The notes under the pieces: generated by a model | Seen by the model: only the letters and a program-made list of their open reading frames with translations | What the model was told of the DNA's origin: nothing | Databases searched by the model: none | NCBI GenBank assembly: GCA_041907825.1 | Contig: JAYRGN010000002.1 | Span: forward strand, 381,281-445,280 | Reading direction: 5' to 3' | DNA: 64,000 bases | DNA from: Bacteroidales bacterium | GTDB lineage: Bacteria > Bacteroidota > Bacteroidia > Bacteroidales > JAYRGN01 | Program-made: the position numbers and the translations under genes | Shown: piece by piece, positions 38,147 to 47,062 of the stretch | Layout of the letters: every line of letters begins with the position of its first letter | How positions within the stretch are numbered: the first letter of the stretch is position 1

Positions 38147-39844
38147 TTTTCTTTTTTGTATTAAATCATTCATTTTTCTAACAAGCGTTTCAATTTGAAA
38201 AGGCTTACTAATGTAATCATTCATTCCGGCAGCTAAACAAGTTTCTTTATCTCCTGATAAAGCATTAGCCGTTAACGCTATAATAGGTGTTATGGTGTTT
38301 GTTGTAGACGCTTCTATCTCCCGTATTTTTCGGGTAGCTGTAAGTCCGTCCATAATAGGCATTTGAATATCCATCAGAATGATGTCATACTTGGAACTTC
38401 CGAATTTATCGAGGGCTTCTTTTCCGTCAGATGCAATGTCGATATTCTTAACAGTTTTCTTTAAACTTAAGATGACAATTTTCTGATTTACAAGATTATC
38501 TTCAACCAATAAAATATTGGCATCTTTTAATTGAATATCTGCTGATTCGGTGATAATTGATGTACTACGCTCATTCGAACCAAAGTTTTGATCAATGTCT
38601 GCTTTTTGATATTTTAGGTTGAACGAAAGGAATGTACTTCTCTCTTGCTTTTGTATATTTAAAGAACTGCCTTCAAATTCGATAAGTTTACGTGCAATGG
38701 AAATATCATCAAAGAAAATTGATTTTTGGGAGTTTTGTTTATCATTTGTGTAATCGACTTCAACATTTGCAAACATCTCTATTTTAAAATCGAAACTATC
38801 CTGTGTCTCTTTTTGAATAGAAATACGGATGTTAATGTTTACATGCAGATTCTCTTCCTGTCCAGCTTTGTATAAATTGTCTATAAGGTTGAGTATAATT
38901 TGTTTTAGACGAACAGAATCACCTAACACTAAAGGTCTGATGCCTGACTCGTGCTCCAGTTCAACATTTAAAAGTCCGTGGGTATTGTCTGCTAATAATT
39001 TAAATGTACTTCTGATGGCGGCAAAAAGATCAAAATTTAATTTGATGGATTTTTCGGTAAGCTCTGTTTTTGAAATACGCCCAATATCATTCACAACATT
39101 AACAAGATTGTTGGTCGATGCCCAAAGGGTTTCAACCAAATCTTTTTGATTATCGTCAAGTTTGGTGTTGTTCAAAACTTCACCTATAACCAATATATTA
39201 TTTAAAGGAATTCTTATCTGATACGACCAGCGGGAGATAAATTCTTCTTTACTTTTTAACTCATCTTCAATCTGTTTTTTTTCTTTCGCCCATGTATATT
39301 CTTCTTTTTGTTCTTTATTATTGGTGATAAAAATAAGAATCCATGTTGTTAATGTGCTCAATATTAGAAATAAAGCATGATTAGTTGGGTAGTTATAAGA
39401 AAAAGGCAGATTTAGAGGAATAAAAAGAAATAGACTTGCAAAAATAAGGCAGGTTGATGTCGCTATTAAGCTTTTTTGAAAATTAAAGTAAGCAATGGTA
39501 TATATCGGGAGCAGAAATAGCCAATAAAAACCTCCATTAATGCATCCTGCACCACCTATGTAAAGCAGATATAACGGATAAAATATATTTAAAGTACCTC
39601 CCAGCCATTCGACTATTATTTTGTATTTTGCTTTAAAAAGTAAAAAGAACAACGATGCTTCAAAGAATCCAAATATCAGAAATAAGAAGCCTGATATTAA
39701 ATTATGGTTCGTAAAGAACAAAACAGAACAGATTACTGTATGTATAAATGCAATAATAGTAGCAGGTTGTGCTAATATTGAGCTTTTTACGACCGAAGTG
39801 GTTTTGTTATATTCTTTGTTCTGTTGATGGCGATTGTTAAACAT
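38141..39844 (-). CDS. Membrane hybrid protein: multi-TM N-terminus, degenerate (pseudo) histidine-kinase core, and an intact receiver (REC) domain
   Basis: 567 aa with about 5-6 hydrophobic helices in residues ~25-175. The H-box reads FISRWSYQIRIPLNNI where the canonical form is SHE(I/L)RTPLN; Tyr208 (codon 39223-39221) occupies the phospho-His position. An N-box-like LNLIDNLYKAG is present but no DxGxG or GxGLGL boxes are visible. The REC is intact: LLVEDN, ILMDIQMPIMDG, ALTAN, ISKPF. Confidence 0.85.
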   Translation of the reverse strand: MFNNRHQQNKEYNKTTSVVKSSILAQPATIIAFIHTVICSVLFFTNHNLISGFLFLIFGFFEASLFFLLFKAKYKIIVEWLGGTLNIFYPLYLLYIGGAGCINGGFYWLFLLPIYTIAYFNFQKSLIATSTCLIFASLFLFIPLNLPFSYNYPTNHALFLILSTLTTWILIFITNNKEQKEEYTWAKEKKQIEDELKSKEEFISRWSYQIRIPLNNILVIGEVLNNTKLDDNQKDLVETLWASTNNLVNVVNDIGRISKTELTEKSIKLNFDLFAAIRSTFKLLADNTHGLLNVELEHESGIRPLVLGDSVRLKQIILNLIDNLYKAGQEENLHVNINIRISIQKETQDSFDFKIEMFANVEVDYTNDKQNSQKSIFFDDISIARKLIEFEGSSLNIQKQERSTFLSFNLKYQKADIDQNFGSNERSTSIITESADIQLKDANILLVEDNLVNQKIVILSLKKTVKNIDIASDGKEALDKFGSSKYDIILMDIQMPIMDGLTATRKIREIEASTTNTITPIIALTANALSGDKETCLAAGMNDYISKPFQIETLVRKMNDLIQKRKL

Positions 39845-40066
39845 TCTTAATGCTTTTCGTTGTTGGCTAATTTACAGAATTAAATGAAAAACCCAAAGTG
39901 ACAAACATACAAAGCACTAATGTAGGTTAACAACCTGCATCTTAAAATTTGATGGTTTATCTTCGTCTATCTTTTGTTATCAATAATTTTATAATAGAAT
40001 TTGTTTTGTATAACATTTTATATACGAATAACGTATTTCTTAAAAATTTATAAACAGAATCTTTAG

Positions 40067-40906
40067 ATGAAACGGACTTTAATTGTGTTTTTTGGCGTTT
40101 TTATTACGCTTACCGCTTTTTCGCAGCGAAAAGTTACCAAAGAATTGGTAGAAGCGTTTTACAAAACAAAAACCTGTGTTGTGCTCGACGATAATATGAT
40201 GTCGGGTTATAATATTGAAATACAGGATGTCGTTAAAAAAGAATGGAATGTTACTCCCTATGAATTTATTAATTGGGCCGAATTCGATAAACGACGTGAC
40301 GATCCATCTTACTCGTTTTTAATTCTCAATCAGGTTATTTTTGAGACAGACAGAACTGCCGCAAAATATAACTTTTTGGGCTTAATAATGGGAGGCAAAG
40401 AGCGTCGTTTAGTCGATATGCCTGATCTATGTCCAATCCCACTTTCTTATTCAGGAATAGAAGAAGAAGCATACCTCTATAAACTTAATACATTTATTTT
40501 GTTTATGCAGAAGCATTTAGAGTTAATTCATTCTAATCCTGATATGATTTCCTCTAATCCTTTTAAATATTACACCAAAAACTTATCAGATCTGAATGGG
40601 AAAACTATTTGCTTTGTGAAGGAGGACTTGGCAAAGGACGTAAACACACTTGATAAGATTAGCAGGTTTTACAAAGGAAAGGTTGAAATACTAACCCGAG
40701 AACAGTTACATCAGAAAATATTAGATAAAGAAGATATTGTATTTCTACATAAAGTAGGCCCTCAGGGACAGAAAATTAGAGGAAGATGTTATAAGATTTT
40801 GATGGGAGCAAGCGATGCTAAACTATATTACTTTGATTATCATACCGTAGTGAGTGATAAACCAGATGGTTTTCTTGATTCAGATTTGAAGAAACTCTCT
40901 CGCTAA
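40067..40906 (+). CDS. Secreted hypothetical protein of unknown function
   Basis: 279 aa with signal peptide MKRTLIVFFGVFITLTAFSQ. I recognise no motif. Its stop overlaps the next ATG (TAATG). Confidence 0.7.
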   Translation: MKRTLIVFFGVFITLTAFSQRKVTKELVEAFYKTKTCVVLDDNMMSGYNIEIQDVVKKEWNVTPYEFINWAEFDKRRDDPSYSFLILNQVIFETDRTAAKYNFLGLIMGGKERRLVDMPDLCPIPLSYSGIEEEAYLYKLNTFILFMQKHLELIHSNPDMISSNPFKYYTKNLSDLNGKTICFVKEDLAKDVNTLDKISRFYKGKVEILTREQLHQKILDKEDIVFLHKVGPQGQKIRGRCYKILMGASDAKLYYFDYHTVVSDKPDGFLDSDLKKLSR

Positions 40907-42003
40907 TGAAAGTTTTAATAATAAGTCTTCTTGTGCTGTGCTCGTTGAGGGTCTCAGCACAAGAAGATTTTCATGAGAAGGCTGTCCTAATTGCACAACA
41001 AACACCTGAAAGTAAGTCTGATAAAATAGAAAATCTGGCGACTTACTGGCTGTCGAAAACGCAGAGTAAATCCGAATTATGTGCTATTGTGTATGCTTGG
41101 ATTGGGAAAAATATCCGGTACGATGTTGCACAATATAAAATGGGCGCCAAACCTGCTTCGGCAGAAGAACTATACCTTTCGGCTTTACGCAACCGGAAAG
41201 CTGTTTGTGATGGTTACGCAAATCTTCTTGCTGCTTTATTGAAGCAGATGAATATTCAGGCTTGGGTAATAAGCGGGTATACACGAAAAGATAAAGTAGT
41301 TCGTGATGAAGGACATTCATGGGTTGCTGTTATGGATGGTCTGAATTGGAGAATGTTCGATCCTACCTGGGGCGCGGGCTATTTACAGAATGATCGTTAT
41401 GTCTCATCTTTTAACTGGACGTGGTTCTCTGTTTCTCCTGAAAATTTTGTAAAAACTCATATGCCTTTTGATGTTGCCTGGCAATGTTTAAATCAGGTAC
41501 TTCTTCCTTCCTGCTTCGTCAATGAGACCTGTAACGATTCAAAACATGCCACTTTTGCTTTTTCCGATACCTTACAACAATCTTTTACTGATGGGGAAAA
41601 ACTTAGTGTTTCCCGGATGTTGGGACGGATAAAACGCTATGCCGTTTTTAACCGAACAACGCAGGCTTTTTATCAAGTATGGGAAAATAACCTGAAAGTA
41701 ATAAAATACAATGAGCAGGCCGAAAAGCTTAATGCAGTATCGTTAAGCCTTAATAACATAAATAAAACTGCTCGGGAAGCTTCCGATAATCTGACAAAAT
41801 ATTTTGCTTATAAACAAAAAGGGACACAGCAAAGCTCTATTGCTCAAGCCTGTTTGAAAAAGGCAGAAGTGCTAACAAATAAGTCGTTAGCAGACTTGTC
41901 GGCTTTTGTAGATATTCCGCCTACACATGTGGAAAATGCAAAAAAGCTCAAATCGTTTATATTAAAAATGCAGGACATTATTCGTAGGGAAACTACAGAA
42001 TAA
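40906..42003 (+). CDS. Secreted transglutaminase-like (papain-fold Cys-His-Asp) domain protein
   Basis: 365 aa with signal peptide MKVLIISLLVLCSLRVSAQ. Transglutaminase-core pattern ...RKAVCDGYANLLAALLK...GHSWVAVMDG...MFDPTWG... The C-terminal ~150 aa looks helical and of unknown function. Confidence 0.8.
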   Translation: MKVLIISLLVLCSLRVSAQEDFHEKAVLIAQQTPESKSDKIENLATYWLSKTQSKSELCAIVYAWIGKNIRYDVAQYKMGAKPASAEELYLSALRNRKAVCDGYANLLAALLKQMNIQAWVISGYTRKDKVVRDEGHSWVAVMDGLNWRMFDPTWGAGYLQNDRYVSSFNWTWFSVSPENFVKTHMPFDVAWQCLNQVLLPSCFVNETCNDSKHATFAFSDTLQQSFTDGEKLSVSRMLGRIKRYAVFNRTTQAFYQVWENNLKVIKYNEQAEKLNAVSLSLNNINKTAREASDNLTKYFAYKQKGTQQSSIAQACLKKAEVLTNKSLADLSAFVDIPPTHVENAKKLKSFILKMQDIIRRETTE

Positions 42004-42064
42004 CCCGAATAAGGAATACTTTTTTGAAAAATTGCTAAGAAGATAAATGGATAGCAGTAATTTT

Positions 42065-42072
42065 TATCTTTG
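42065..42072 (+). promoter_or_regulatory. Candidate -7 box (TATCTTTG) upstream of the LysE/OlsF-like genes
   Basis: Exact TAnnTTTG 93 nt upstream of the ATG at 42165. The putative leader contains two small hairpins: AGAAACGA/TCGTTTCT at 42087-42107 and CTTTCAT/ATGAAAG at 42116-42143. Confidence 0.35.
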
Positions 42073-42164
42073 TACTTTAGTTTTTTAGAAACGAAAAAAT
42101 CGTTTCTCTCAATATCTTTCATTTATGATATTTCAGATGAAAGGTTTGCATTAGAATACTATTC

Positions 42165-42821
42165 ATGGAGTTAATAATCGTACTGCTCAAAGGTGTTTTA
42201 ATAGGTTTTATCTCATCTATTCCGCTGGGGCCAATTGGTGTTTTGGTTATTCAACGGACGTTGGGCAAAGGTCGCAGATCCGGTTTTGTTTCAGGAATTG
42301 GTGCAGCATCAGCGGATACGATGCTGGCGTTAGTCGCAGGTTTGGGTTTATCTATGATTATTGATTTTATTAAACATTACGAGTCTTATTTTGAGCTAAT
42401 TGGCGGAATATTCATCATAATAGTAGGGATTGAAATTTTCTTAAAAAATCCTATTAAGCAGGTGAGAGAGCGTCGATTGAAGAAGAACAATCTTACTACC
42501 GATTACTTTAGCGTTTTATTTCTCACATTATCAAATCCCGTTGCCGTTTTTCTTTTTCTGGCAATGTTTGCAGGACTCAATATTTTCGATGGAGCTCCTA
42601 CCGCCATTCATTATCTGATAATTTTTGGCGTGTTTACCGGAGCTTCGTTGTATTGGTTCTCGCTCACTTCATTGGTAAGTACTTACCGTGCCAAGTTTCG
42701 CTTGCGCAGATTGTGGTGGATGAACAAAATTACGGGAGTTGTAATTTTTATTTTTGGGCTGGCAGCCTTAGTGGGCGTTCTGATTAGTTTTTTTACACAC
42801 AAGGGACTTAGCTTTTTTTAA
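42165..42821 (+). CDS. LysE/RhtB-family amino-acid exporter
   Basis: 218 aa, six hydrophobic segments, N-terminus MELIIVLLKGVLIGFISSIPLGPIGVLVIQRTL typical of the LysE family. Confidence 0.82.
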   Translation: MELIIVLLKGVLIGFISSIPLGPIGVLVIQRTLGKGRRSGFVSGIGAASADTMLALVAGLGLSMIIDFIKHYESYFELIGGIFIIIVGIEIFLKNPIKQVRERRLKKNNLTTDYFSVLFLTLSNPVAVFLFLAMFAGLNIFDGAPTAIHYLIIFGVFTGASLYWFSLTSLVSTYRAKFRLRRLWWMNKITGVVIFIFGLAALVGVLISFFTHKGLSFF

Positions 42822-42875
42822 GCTACGCATAATCGTATTTATGCTCTTTTGTCTAATTTTTCTAAACAGGAAAGT

Positions 42876-44684
42876 ATGGCCAATAAACTTATTGATCCAG
42901 AAGAAGTTCTGAATGTTGCCCGCAGACAGAAAAACAAGAAAAAAGGGGCGGCTCAGCTGATGCTTACGCTGCTGAATTTGAACAAAGTAAATCAGATTTA
43001 CGAAGAAAATGCCAATAAACAAGGCATCGAATTTATTTCGGCATTGCTTGATGCTTTTGGTGTTAACTACGAATTTTCGGAGGACGAATTAAATCGTATT
43101 CCGCGTAAAGGATCCTTTATTGTAGTTGCAAATCATCCATTGGGAGGCGTAGATAGCTTGTTGTTGCTCAAGCTATTATTGAAAGTTCGTTCCGATTTTA
43201 AATTTACCGGAAATATATTGCTGGACAATGCTGAGCCTTTGTCCGATTATATCATCTCTAATCCATGGGGATTCAGGGAACGGAGTGCTGGTTTTATGAG
43301 TAGTACCAAACGCGCGCTTACGCATCTGTCTGAAGGCGGTTGTCTCGGTTTATTTCCTTCCGGAGAGGTCTCAGGTTTTAATTATTATATGAACGAAATT
43401 ACGGATAAACCCTGGCGGATGCAGGTTTTGAAGTTTATCCGTAAAGCAGCAGTTCCGGTTGTTCCTGTTTTTTTTCAGGGAACAAATAGTCCGTTATTTT
43501 ATTTTCTGGAATTTATTCACCCGTCGTTGCGAAAATTCAGATTACACTCTGAAGTGTTGAATAAAAAAAGCAAAACGATAAAAATTCGCATTGGAAATCC
43601 TATGCCGTTGAAGGATTTGATTGAATTTTCTGATATTTTGAGATTTGGAAGATATTTGCGTGCAAAAACCTATGCATTAGGAACTTCGCTTGAAGTTAAG
43701 CGTTTTTTTGATGGACGACAGGATCGCTTGCCCGAAATTGAACCTGTTGCTCCAGCTGCTGATGAAATTTCAGTTAAAGCAGAAATGTCTCGCTTACTTG
43801 CTGATTATTTGTTGCTTAAATCAGGCGATTTTAGTCTTGTGTGCGCGCCATCGCATGCTATGCCTGTAATGATGAACGAAATTGGGCGTTTACGAGAACA
43901 AACCTTTCGTGCAGTAGGAGAGGGAACTAACCAAAGTCTGGATCTCGATGAGTACGATTTGTATTATCACCAACTTTTTATATGGGATGATGTAAACCAG
44001 AAAATTGTTGGAGCTTACCGGATAGGAAAAGGCAAGGAAATAATTGGAAATTATGGTATTGGTGGCTTTTACATCCAAAGTTTGTTTCGTATTGACGCCA
44101 AATTCTCATCGGTATTGAGCGAATCGATAGAGTTGGGGCGGTCATTTATTGTCGAAGAATATCAGCGGCAGCCTCTACCTTTATTTCTCCTTTGGAAAGG
44201 TATTTTATATTTTCTGCTTAAAAATCCTGAATATAGATATCTTATTGGTCCTGTTAGTATTAGTAATAAGTTTTCAGAGTTTTCTAAAAATGCGATAGTC
44301 GAATTTATCAAGCGATATTATTTTCATCATGAATTTGCGAAAATGGTTCATCCTCGTTGCGAATTCAATTTTACAGGAGGTTCGGTTGATACCGATATTC
44401 TGCTCGAAAAAACAAATGACCTTACTAAGCTCGACCGTTTAATTGAAGATATTGATCCGGAGAACAATCGTTTGCCTGTTCTTTTGAAGAAGTATTTAAA
44501 GCTGAATGGTAAAATTATCGCCTTTAATGTCGACCCATTATTTAATAACTGTCTGGATGGCTTATTGTTACTCGATCTTTTTGATGTGCCTGTTGATACT
44601 ATTTCCTCTCTTTCGAAAGAACTTAATGATGAGTCGATTATGACACGCTTTTATGGTTATGGCGAAAATCCCTTACGCGGTTAA
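42876..44684 (+). CDS. Bifunctional acyltransferase, OlsF-like: N-terminal PlsC-type O-acyltransferase domain plus C-terminal OlsB/GlsB-like N-acyltransferase domain (aminolipid synthase)
   Basis: The track ORF starts at a TTG (42849); the first ATG is 42876 (MANKLIDPEE...). N-terminal domain motifs VVANHPLGGVDSLLL and LFPSGEVSG. C-terminal domain ...LREQTFRAVGEGTNQSLDLDEYDLYYHQLFIWDD...IVGAYRIG... resembles the OlsB/hemolysin-like N-acyltransferase signature. Confidence 0.75.
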   Translation: MANKLIDPEEVLNVARRQKNKKKGAAQLMLTLLNLNKVNQIYEENANKQGIEFISALLDAFGVNYEFSEDELNRIPRKGSFIVVANHPLGGVDSLLLLKLLLKVRSDFKFTGNILLDNAEPLSDYIISNPWGFRERSAGFMSSTKRALTHLSEGGCLGLFPSGEVSGFNYYMNEITDKPWRMQVLKFIRKAAVPVVPVFFQGTNSPLFYFLEFIHPSLRKFRLHSEVLNKKSKTIKIRIGNPMPLKDLIEFSDILRFGRYLRAKTYALGTSLEVKRFFDGRQDRLPEIEPVAPAADEISVKAEMSRLLADYLLLKSGDFSLVCAPSHAMPVMMNEIGRLREQTFRAVGEGTNQSLDLDEYDLYYHQLFIWDDVNQKIVGAYRIGKGKEIIGNYGIGGFYIQSLFRIDAKFSSVLSESIELGRSFIVEEYQRQPLPLFLLWKGILYFLLKNPEYRYLIGPVSISNKFSEFSKNAIVEFIKRYYFHHEFAKMVHPRCEFNFTGGSVDTDILLEKTNDLTKLDRLIEDIDPENNRLPVLLKKYLKLNGKIIAFNVDPLFNNCLDGLLLLDLFDVPVDTISSLSKELNDESIMTRFYGYGENPLRG

Positions 44685-44687
44685 TTT

Positions 44688-45992
44688 TTAAGGTTTTAAA
44701 AATAATGGAACGGTTTTTAAAATCTGACTTTCGAGTGCTGCTAAGTTTTGGTGTGAGCGAAAATATTTGTACCGCCGAAACTGAGAAAAAATGTCTTTGT
44801 ATGCAAGATAAAGCTGGCCGGCAATCCAACCGGCTGGCAGAAGCGTAAAGAAATAGATAAGCGCTCCCCATACAGAATGGAACAAAAACAGAACAAAAAT
44901 GCTTTGTAGAATGTAAAAAACAGGTGCAAGTAAAATACCACCGGCAAGTTTTACGCTCGAAATAAATTGCGGATCTTTTATTTTTTTTAGAATCAGCTTT
45001 GAGAGAAGAATAATCAGTGCATGATTTATTGCGCCGTAAAGAAATAAGGGTAATCCTAAAAGCGATGTGTATAGCTTGATAAATAAAGTGTTTCGAGGTT
45101 CAAGCATATTTTGGCTAGAGGTCGAAAATCTATGTTCTTTAAAAAGAATGTTGCGCTCTAAAACTGCATTATGCATTGATTCATAGTATTCTGGGTGCTT
45201 TTCGACAGCGTTATTTAATATTGTTGTACATGCTTTTTGCTGATCGAAAAAGACAGACGGTTTTGTGTCTGATTTGCAGAGCATTCGGCTTAACGTGTAA
45301 ATACTTTCGTAAAAACGTTCCGATTTAATATCAATCATTACGTTCGAAAGGTTTTCTTTGAGTATCTCGCGAAGTGCAGCCATTGTTTCTTGTGGCTTTG
45401 TTAGAAAATCGTTCATATATGCTTTTATATCAATCGATTTTCCGATCTGAATAAAAATACCAGCGCCAAATTTATCGTACTCGCCGTAATTAATGCCAAC
45501 GGGGACGATGTATACTTTTTTATTTTGAGGCAAAAGTTTTTCTTGAGCTTCGAAAGCAATGCGAAAAATTCCCTTAGAAAGTGGCCTTAATCTTCTTTTT
45601 CCATCGTGGTTACCTTCGGGCATAATACCAAATGAGTTTCCATTTGCCAATGCATCGCTTATTTCATTGAACGTTTCGGCGTTCTTATTAAGATTGGCAA
45701 AACCATCGCGAATGCGGAAAGCTGGTAATATTCTAAGGAAATGTAACAGTTTTGCTACAAATGCTTTTTTGAAAATATCGGCGCGGGCAACAAACATTGG
45801 CTGGCCTTTGTCGAGGTAAACAATAGCAAGAGCATCGAGTAATGCATTCTGATGGTTAGGTGCAAAAATAAGAACACCGTCTGATGGTATAGTTTCTTTT
45901 CCTCGGACTTCGAGCTTGTCTGCGTAAAGCCTGAAACAAAAATTAACATAAGGCTTTAATATCGAGTATAATATCGAATATTTGCTTGTCAT
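44688..45992 (-). CDS. PlsC-family (lysophospholipid/glycerol-phosphate type) acyltransferase with a C-terminal membrane region
   Basis: 434 aa with FAPNHQNALLDAL, MPEGNHDGKRRLRPLSKG and hydrophobic C-terminal helices. Its stop lies 3 nt from the convergent OlsF-like stop. Confidence 0.82.
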   Translation of the reverse strand: MTSKYSILYSILKPYVNFCFRLYADKLEVRGKETIPSDGVLIFAPNHQNALLDALAIVYLDKGQPMFVARADIFKKAFVAKLLHFLRILPAFRIRDGFANLNKNAETFNEISDALANGNSFGIMPEGNHDGKRRLRPLSKGIFRIAFEAQEKLLPQNKKVYIVPVGINYGEYDKFGAGIFIQIGKSIDIKAYMNDFLTKPQETMAALREILKENLSNVMIDIKSERFYESIYTLSRMLCKSDTKPSVFFDQQKACTTILNNAVEKHPEYYESMHNAVLERNILFKEHRFSTSSQNMLEPRNTLFIKLYTSLLGLPLFLYGAINHALIILLSKLILKKIKDPQFISSVKLAGGILLAPVFYILQSIFVLFLFHSVWGALIYFFTLLPAGWIAGQLYLAYKDIFSQFRRYKYFRSHQNLAALESQILKTVPLFLKP

Positions 45993-45997
45993 CGTCC

Positions 45998-46969
45998 TTA
46001 ATTTACGGGTTTCTTTTTCCAGATAAATGCAAGAATACTACCTCCAATAATATGCCAGATTCCCCATCCTGCAGCAATGAAAGCCATTCCTCCGATTTCA
46101 AGATCTGGCGGGAAAATTTTTTCGTTGAAAAGCAGAACCAGTCCAAGTCCGGTGTTATGAATACCCGTTTCGATACAAATTGTTCTGCTGTTGATTTGTC
46201 CCACTTTCATTGTTTTGGCAAAAAGATAACCGGAAAGAAAAGCCAATGCATTGTGTGCCAATACAATTAGAAATACAGTTGGAGCATATTGTACGAAATA
46301 ACTGATGTTTCCGGAAATAGCGCCGATAATGATAAAGACAAAAAGTATTAGCGAGATTCTTTTGGCCGGCTTAATAATTTTTGCAGTAAATGAGGGAAAG
46401 CGATTGGCGATGCTGATCCCGACGATCATTGGTATACCCAGTATTACAATAACTGTACGAAACATTTGCCACCCGTCTATTTCGAGCGGACGGAGCAAAT
46501 GCGAGGCATCGTGCCCGGCGAGATAATGATTATAAATACCTCCATAAAATGAGAAATTAAAAGGAGTGGAAAAAACAGCCAAAACGGTTGAAATTGCCGT
46601 CAGGCTGATAGCCAGTTCAACATTGCTTTTTGCTAAACTATTGATATAGTTAGATATATTTCCACCAGGACATGCCGCAACTAGAATCATTCCTAATGCA
46701 ATTGTCGGAGTTAACACCTTGTGCAGCAATATAACGGCCAGCAAGGTAACAGCCGGAAGCAAAACGAGCTGAGATATTATTCCAACTATAGCCGGGCGTG
46801 GGTGCTTTATTAATTCTTTAAAATGTTCAGTCTTGAGTTCAAGCGCTACACCAAACATAATGATGGCCAGTGAGATATTTAGAAGATGAAGCCCTGATTG
46901 CGAAAAATTGAGACGAATATGGTCTAGATTTTGTAACGTTTCTGTCATCGATGGCGTACAATTGTTCAT
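45998..46969 (-). CDS. Bile acid:sodium symporter (BASS) family transporter
   Basis: 323 aa, polytopic, ...LVAACPGGNISNY... motif. Lies 5 nt upstream of the PlsC-like gene on the same strand, so the two are probably co-transcribed. Confidence 0.82.
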   Translation of the reverse strand: MNNCTPSMTETLQNLDHIRLNFSQSGLHLLNISLAIIMFGVALELKTEHFKELIKHPRPAIVGIISQLVLLPAVTLLAVILLHKVLTPTIALGMILVAACPGGNISNYINSLAKSNVELAISLTAISTVLAVFSTPFNFSFYGGIYNHYLAGHDASHLLRPLEIDGWQMFRTVIVILGIPMIVGISIANRFPSFTAKIIKPAKRISLILFVFIIIGAISGNISYFVQYAPTVFLIVLAHNALAFLSGYLFAKTMKVGQINSRTICIETGIHNTGLGLVLLFNEKIFPPDLEIGGMAFIAAGWGIWHIIGGSILAFIWKKKPVN

Positions 46970-47062
46970 ATAAAACCCGTCAAAGGTAGAAAAAAGTCAT
47001 CGTTTTGACTTTATTGTTTCTCCGATGTGTGCAGAAGAGTAATTAAATAAATGTAATACGCT

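Noticed and set aside
38829-39827. Plus-strand ORFs 38829-39149 (106 aa) and 39621-39827 (68 aa)
   Set aside because: They are antisense to the pseudo-kinase/receiver gene and have low-complexity sequence with no motifs.
34901-39844. Calling the SpoIIE phosphatase plus neighbour a complete partner-switching (RsbU/RsbV/RsbW-type) module
   Set aside because: No STAS-domain protein, anti-sigma kinase or sigma factor gene is present in the window. Only the phosphatase and a pseudo-kinase/receiver are visible.
45559-46526. Plus-strand ORFs 45559-45819, 45986-46270 and 46305-46526, and minus-strand ORFs 44741-44947 and 45755-45949
   Set aside because: They are shadow or alternative-frame ORFs within the PlsC-like and BASS transporter genes.
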